Positions 61,221-64,000 of a stretch of 64,000 bases of DNA are shown piece by piece. The notes under the pieces are model-generated. The model was not told the DNA's origin and ran no database searches. It saw nothing but the letters and a program-made list of their open reading frames with translations. Source of the DNA: Planctomycetota bacterium (GTDB lineage Bacteria > Planctomycetota > MHYJ01 > WSZJ01); the NCBI GenBank assembly GCA_038060895.1, contig JBBTCT010000018.1, positions 26,300 to 90,299 of the forward strand, read 5' to 3'. The translations under genes were made by a program, and so were the position numbers. Within the stretch, counting starts at the first letter, position 1; every line of letters starts with the position of its first letter.

Positions 61221-62717
61221 TTAGCGAACCGACTGGATCGCCGCGTTGCACCACTCGAGGACTTTCGCGGGGCAGATGCCCAGCGCGATCGTCGCAATCG
61301 ACGCCAGTCCGAGCCCGAGAACGGCGCCCCAGCGGTCTTCACCCTTCGGGAATTCCTCGCCCTTCGCGGGATCGCGCATGTACATCGCGACGACGATCTT
61401 CAGGTAGTAGTACGCGCTCACGACGGAAGCGGCGATGCCGGTGATGGCCAGCCAGAGGAATTCACGGTTCTGGATCGCTTCGCGGAAGATGAGGAACTTG
61501 CCCATGAATCCCGCAGTGGGGGGGATTCCGGCGAGGGATGCCATGAATAGGGTCATGGCGGCGGCCGCGGCGGGACGCCGGGAGGCGAGGCCGGAGAACT
61601 GGGAAATGTCCTCCAGTTCGCCGCCTTCGCGGGCGAGCAGCGAGATCAGGCCGAAAGACCCGGCGGTCATGACGACGTACGCGATGACGTAGAAAAGGAC
61701 AGCGGCGGCCGCGTGTTCCGTTTCGCTCGCGACGACGATGCCCACCAGGATCACGCCCGTATGGCCGATCGAGCTGTACGCGAGGAGCCGCTTCAGATTC
61801 GTCTGCGCCAGCGCGCACACGTTTCCAACGACCATGGTGGCGGCCGCGAGGAAAGCCAGCGCTCCGCCCCACTCAAGACCGAGGTGCGGGAACGCGACCG
61901 TGGCGCTTCGAAGGAGCGCCGCGAACACGCCCGCCTTGACGACGCCGGCCATGAAGCCGGTGACGGGCGCGGGGGCGCCTTCGTAGGCGTCGGGGGTCCA
62001 GGCGTGGAAGGGGACGGCGCCGACCTTGAAGGCGGCGCCGACGAGAAAGAGCGCGAGGCCGGCGGCGAGGAGAGGCGTATTGGCGGGGACGCGGGCGAGC
62101 GCGTCGAGGCGGAGAAGGGAAGACTGGGACGGAGACTGGAGGATGCCCTCGGTGCCGCCGGTCGTGACGACGGCGCCATAGAGGAGGGCGATGCCGAAGA
62201 GGAGGAAGCCGGTGGAGAAGGCGCCCATGATGAAGTATTTCATCGCTGCCTCGGTGGACTTCTCGCGGTCGCGGGTGATGCCGGTGAGGCAGTAGACGGC
62301 GATGGACATGATCTCGATGCCGAGGAAGACGGACATGAGGTCGTTGGCCTGGGCGAGCATGACGGCGCCCGCTGCGGCGGTGAGCATGAGGCCGTAATAC
62401 TCGCCGAAATCGATGCCGGAGGAGCGGACGTAAGAAGCGCTCATGAGGACGGAGAGGGCGGTGGCGGCGCAGGCGGCGAGGCCCATGACGACGGCGAGGC
62501 CGTCGATGCGGAGCGCGCCGCCAAAGGCTTCCTCGTTGCGGCCCCAGAGCGACAGCAGGGAGATCGCCGCGGCGACGGTGCCGCCGAGCGAGATGAACGG
62601 AAGGGCGCCGCGCTCGATCTTGCCGGAGTAAAGGTCGGCCGTGACGGCGACCGCGGCGGTGCCGAGGAGGATGAGGACGGGGCTGAAGAGCTGGAGGTCG
62701 TGGGCGCCGAGGGTCAT
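61221..62717 (-). CDS. nuoN: NADH-quinone oxidoreductase subunit N
   Basis: 498 aa, about 14 TM helices, NuoN/ND2 pattern (...[14 protein letters not shown]...). It follows nuoM with a 4-nt overlap. Confidence 0.9.
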   Translation of the reverse strand: MTLGAHDLQLFSPVLILLGTAAVAVTADLYSGKIERGALPFISLGGTVAAAISLLSLWGRNEEAFGGALRIDGLAVVMGLAACAATALSVLMSASYVRSSGIDFGEYYGLMLTAAAGAVMLAQANDLMSVFLGIEIMSIAVYCLTGITRDREKSTEAAMKYFIMGAFSTGFLLFGIALLYGAVVTTGGTEGILQSPSQSSLLRLDALARVPANTPLLAAGLALFLVGAAFKVGAVPFHAWTPDAYEGAPAPVTGFMAGVVKAGVFAALLRSATVAFPHLGLEWGGALAFLAAATMVVGNVCALAQTNLKRLLAYSSIGHTGVILVGIVVASETEHAAAAVLFYVIAYVVMTAGSFGLISLLAREGGELEDISQFSGLASRRPAAAAAMTLFMASLAGIPPTAGFMGKFLIFREAIQNREFLWLAITGIAASVVSAYYYLKIVVAMYMRDPAKGEEFPKGEDRWGAVLGLGLASIATIALGICPAKVLEWCNAAIQSVR

Positions 62718-64000
62718 TTGCGCGAATCTCCCGGGCCGGGCGCTTCCAGTGGCGTCATGAGGGCGCGATGGCGGTTCTCCGCTTCACGCCGTTCGTTTTC
62801 GTGCCGGATCGCCGCGCGGATCTGGCGGTTGTAGTTCTCGACGGTGGGGGCGACGCGATTGAGAAAGACGTTGGGCGCGACGCCGATGGCGAAGATGAGG
62901 ACGAGCAGCGGGAGGAGCGTGGCCCACTCGCGGCCGCGGAGGTCGCCGAGGTGTTCGTTTTCTTCGTGGGTGACCCGGCCGAACAGGACGCGCTGGGCCA
63001 TCCAGAGCATGTACGCGGCGCCCAGGACGACGCCGGTGGAAGCGAAGATGGCCGGAAGCTTCTTCACCTGGAAGGTGCCGAGCAGGATCAGGAACTCCCC
63101 GATGAACCCGTTGGTGCCCGGGAGGCCGATGGAACTGAGCGTCACGATGATCAGCACCGCTGCGTACCACGGCATGACCTTCGCAATCCCGCCGAAATCC
63201 TCGAGGAGGCGCGTGTGTCGGCGCTCGTAGAGGACGCCGACGCAGAGGAAGAGGGCGCCCGTCGAGATGCCGTGGTTCACCATCTGGAGGATCGATCCGG
63301 AGAGCGCCTTGTCGTTCCAGACGAACATCCCCAGAACGCAGAAGCCGAGGTGCGCGACCGACGAGTACGCGATCAGTTTCTTCATGTCCTCCTGCGCGAG
63401 GCACATGAGCGACCCGTAGATCACGCCGATCACGGCGAGCACGATCATGATCGGCGCGAACTCGGCGGCGGTGCCGGGGAAGAGCGGGATGGCGAAGCGC
63501 AGGAGCCCGTAAGTCCCCATCTTGAGCAGCACTCCCGCGAGAATGACGGAGCCCGCGGTCGGCGCTTCGACGTGCGCGTCGGGGAGCCAGGTGTGAAGCG
63601 GCCAGATCGGGACTTTGACGGCGAACGCGAGGGCAAACGCGAAGAAGCACCAGCGGGCGGCGGAGACGGTGAGCGGGAGGGGCTCGTTGCCGGCCGGGTT
63701 GAGGGCGGCGCGCAGCGTCTCGAGATCGAAGGTCTGGGCGCCCGATTTGAAGTACAGGTAGATGATCGCTACGAACATCGGCAGCGAACCGACGATCGTG
63801 AACAGGAAGAATTTCAGCGCCGCGTACACCCGGCGGCGGCCGCCCCAGACGCCGATGATCAGAAGCATCGGGATGAGCATGGCTTCCCAGAACACGTAGA
63901 AGAGGAGCAGGTCCTGGGCGACGAACGACCCGATCATGGCGCTTTCGAGGATGAGGAAAGCGGCCATGTATTCCTTCACGCGGTCCGTGATCGACCAGCT
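62714..64000 (-). CDS. nuoM: NADH-quinone oxidoreductase subunit M (5' end beyond the right edge)
   Basis: [48 protein letters not shown] and [12 protein letters not shown] are NuoM/ND4 motifs. The frame stays open upstream of the track start (63979 is an internal GTG) through to position 64000. Confidence 0.95.
   Translation of the reverse strand, partial: SWSITDRVKEYMAAFLILESAMIGSFVAQDLLLFYVFWEAMLIPMLLIIGVWGGRRRVYAALKFFLFTIVGSLPMFVAIIYLYFKSGAQTFDLETLRAALNPAGNEPLPLTVSAARWCFFAFALAFAVKVPIWPLHTWLPDAHVEAPTAGSVILAGVLLKMGTYGLLRFAIPLFPGTAAEFAPIMIVLAVIGVIYGSLMCLAQEDMKKLIAYSSVAHLGFCVLGMFVWNDKALSGSILQMVNHGISTGALFLCVGVLYERRHTRLLEDFGGIAKVMPWYAAVLIIVTLSSIGLPGTNGFIGEFLILLGTFQVKKLPAIFASTGVVLGAAYMLWMAQRVLFGRVTHEENEHLGDLRGREWATLLPLLVLIFAIGVAPNVFLNRVAPTVENYNRQIRAAIRHENERREAENRHRALMTPLEAPGPGDSRK

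Overview
This is a high-GC bacterial chromosomal window. GC content was judged by eye plus two hand-counted 60-nt lines; no statistics were computed. All calls come from reading the sequence and from remembered family motifs, so every family name is recollection-based and needs a database check.

Layout, left to right:
- (1) One minus-strand flagellar operon of about 10.7 kb: flgB-flgC-fliE-fliF-fliG-fliH-fliI-fliJ-(MotE-like)-fliK-flgD-(small flagellar operon protein)-flgE. flgE runs off the left edge and is missing from the ORF track.
- (2) A TPR-containing Ser/Thr kinase, convergent with a tightly coupled operon: merR-like, TPR protein, FlgN-like, histidine kinase, sigma-54 (GAFTGA) response regulator.
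- (3) Purine genes mixed with signalling proteins: a STAS-domain::adenylosuccinate lyase fusion, purM, purF, a GspE-N/MshEN-only protein, and a STAS + zinc-ribbon + RsbW-like protein.
- (4) A NicO/RcnA-type Ni/Co transporter, tatA, and a GT4-GT2-LPS-kinase operon.
- (5) tRNA-Thr(TGT) carrying a 12-kb integrated element bounded by 45-bp direct repeats. The element holds a tyrosine integrase, an RHH protein, unknown cargo plus HicAB, three Xis-like HTH proteins and a prim-pol/DUF3987 replicase. tRNA-Tyr and tRNA-Gly follow it.
- (6) A DRTGG protein, dapB, HU/IHF, copA, pepA, DUF2064 + GT2, a CAP-domain protein, secreted low-complexity proteins, nuoN and nuoM. nuoM runs off the right edge.

Most interesting observations:
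- An unannotated small two-TM ORF (55176-55424) has an in-frame TGA at the second position of a CxxC-type motif and a downstream hairpin. It is a candidate selenoprotein.
- Nine long (80-140 bp), mutually unrelated intergenic hairpins, several with low-complexity arms, lie in the host DNA. I saw none in the island.
- The uncharacterised membrane-protein cargo next to HicAB in the satellite-like island.
- Two unusual STAS fusions flanking the purine genes.

Many long Arg/Ala/Gly/Pro-rich ORFs in the track are antisense shadow ORFs and were rejected.
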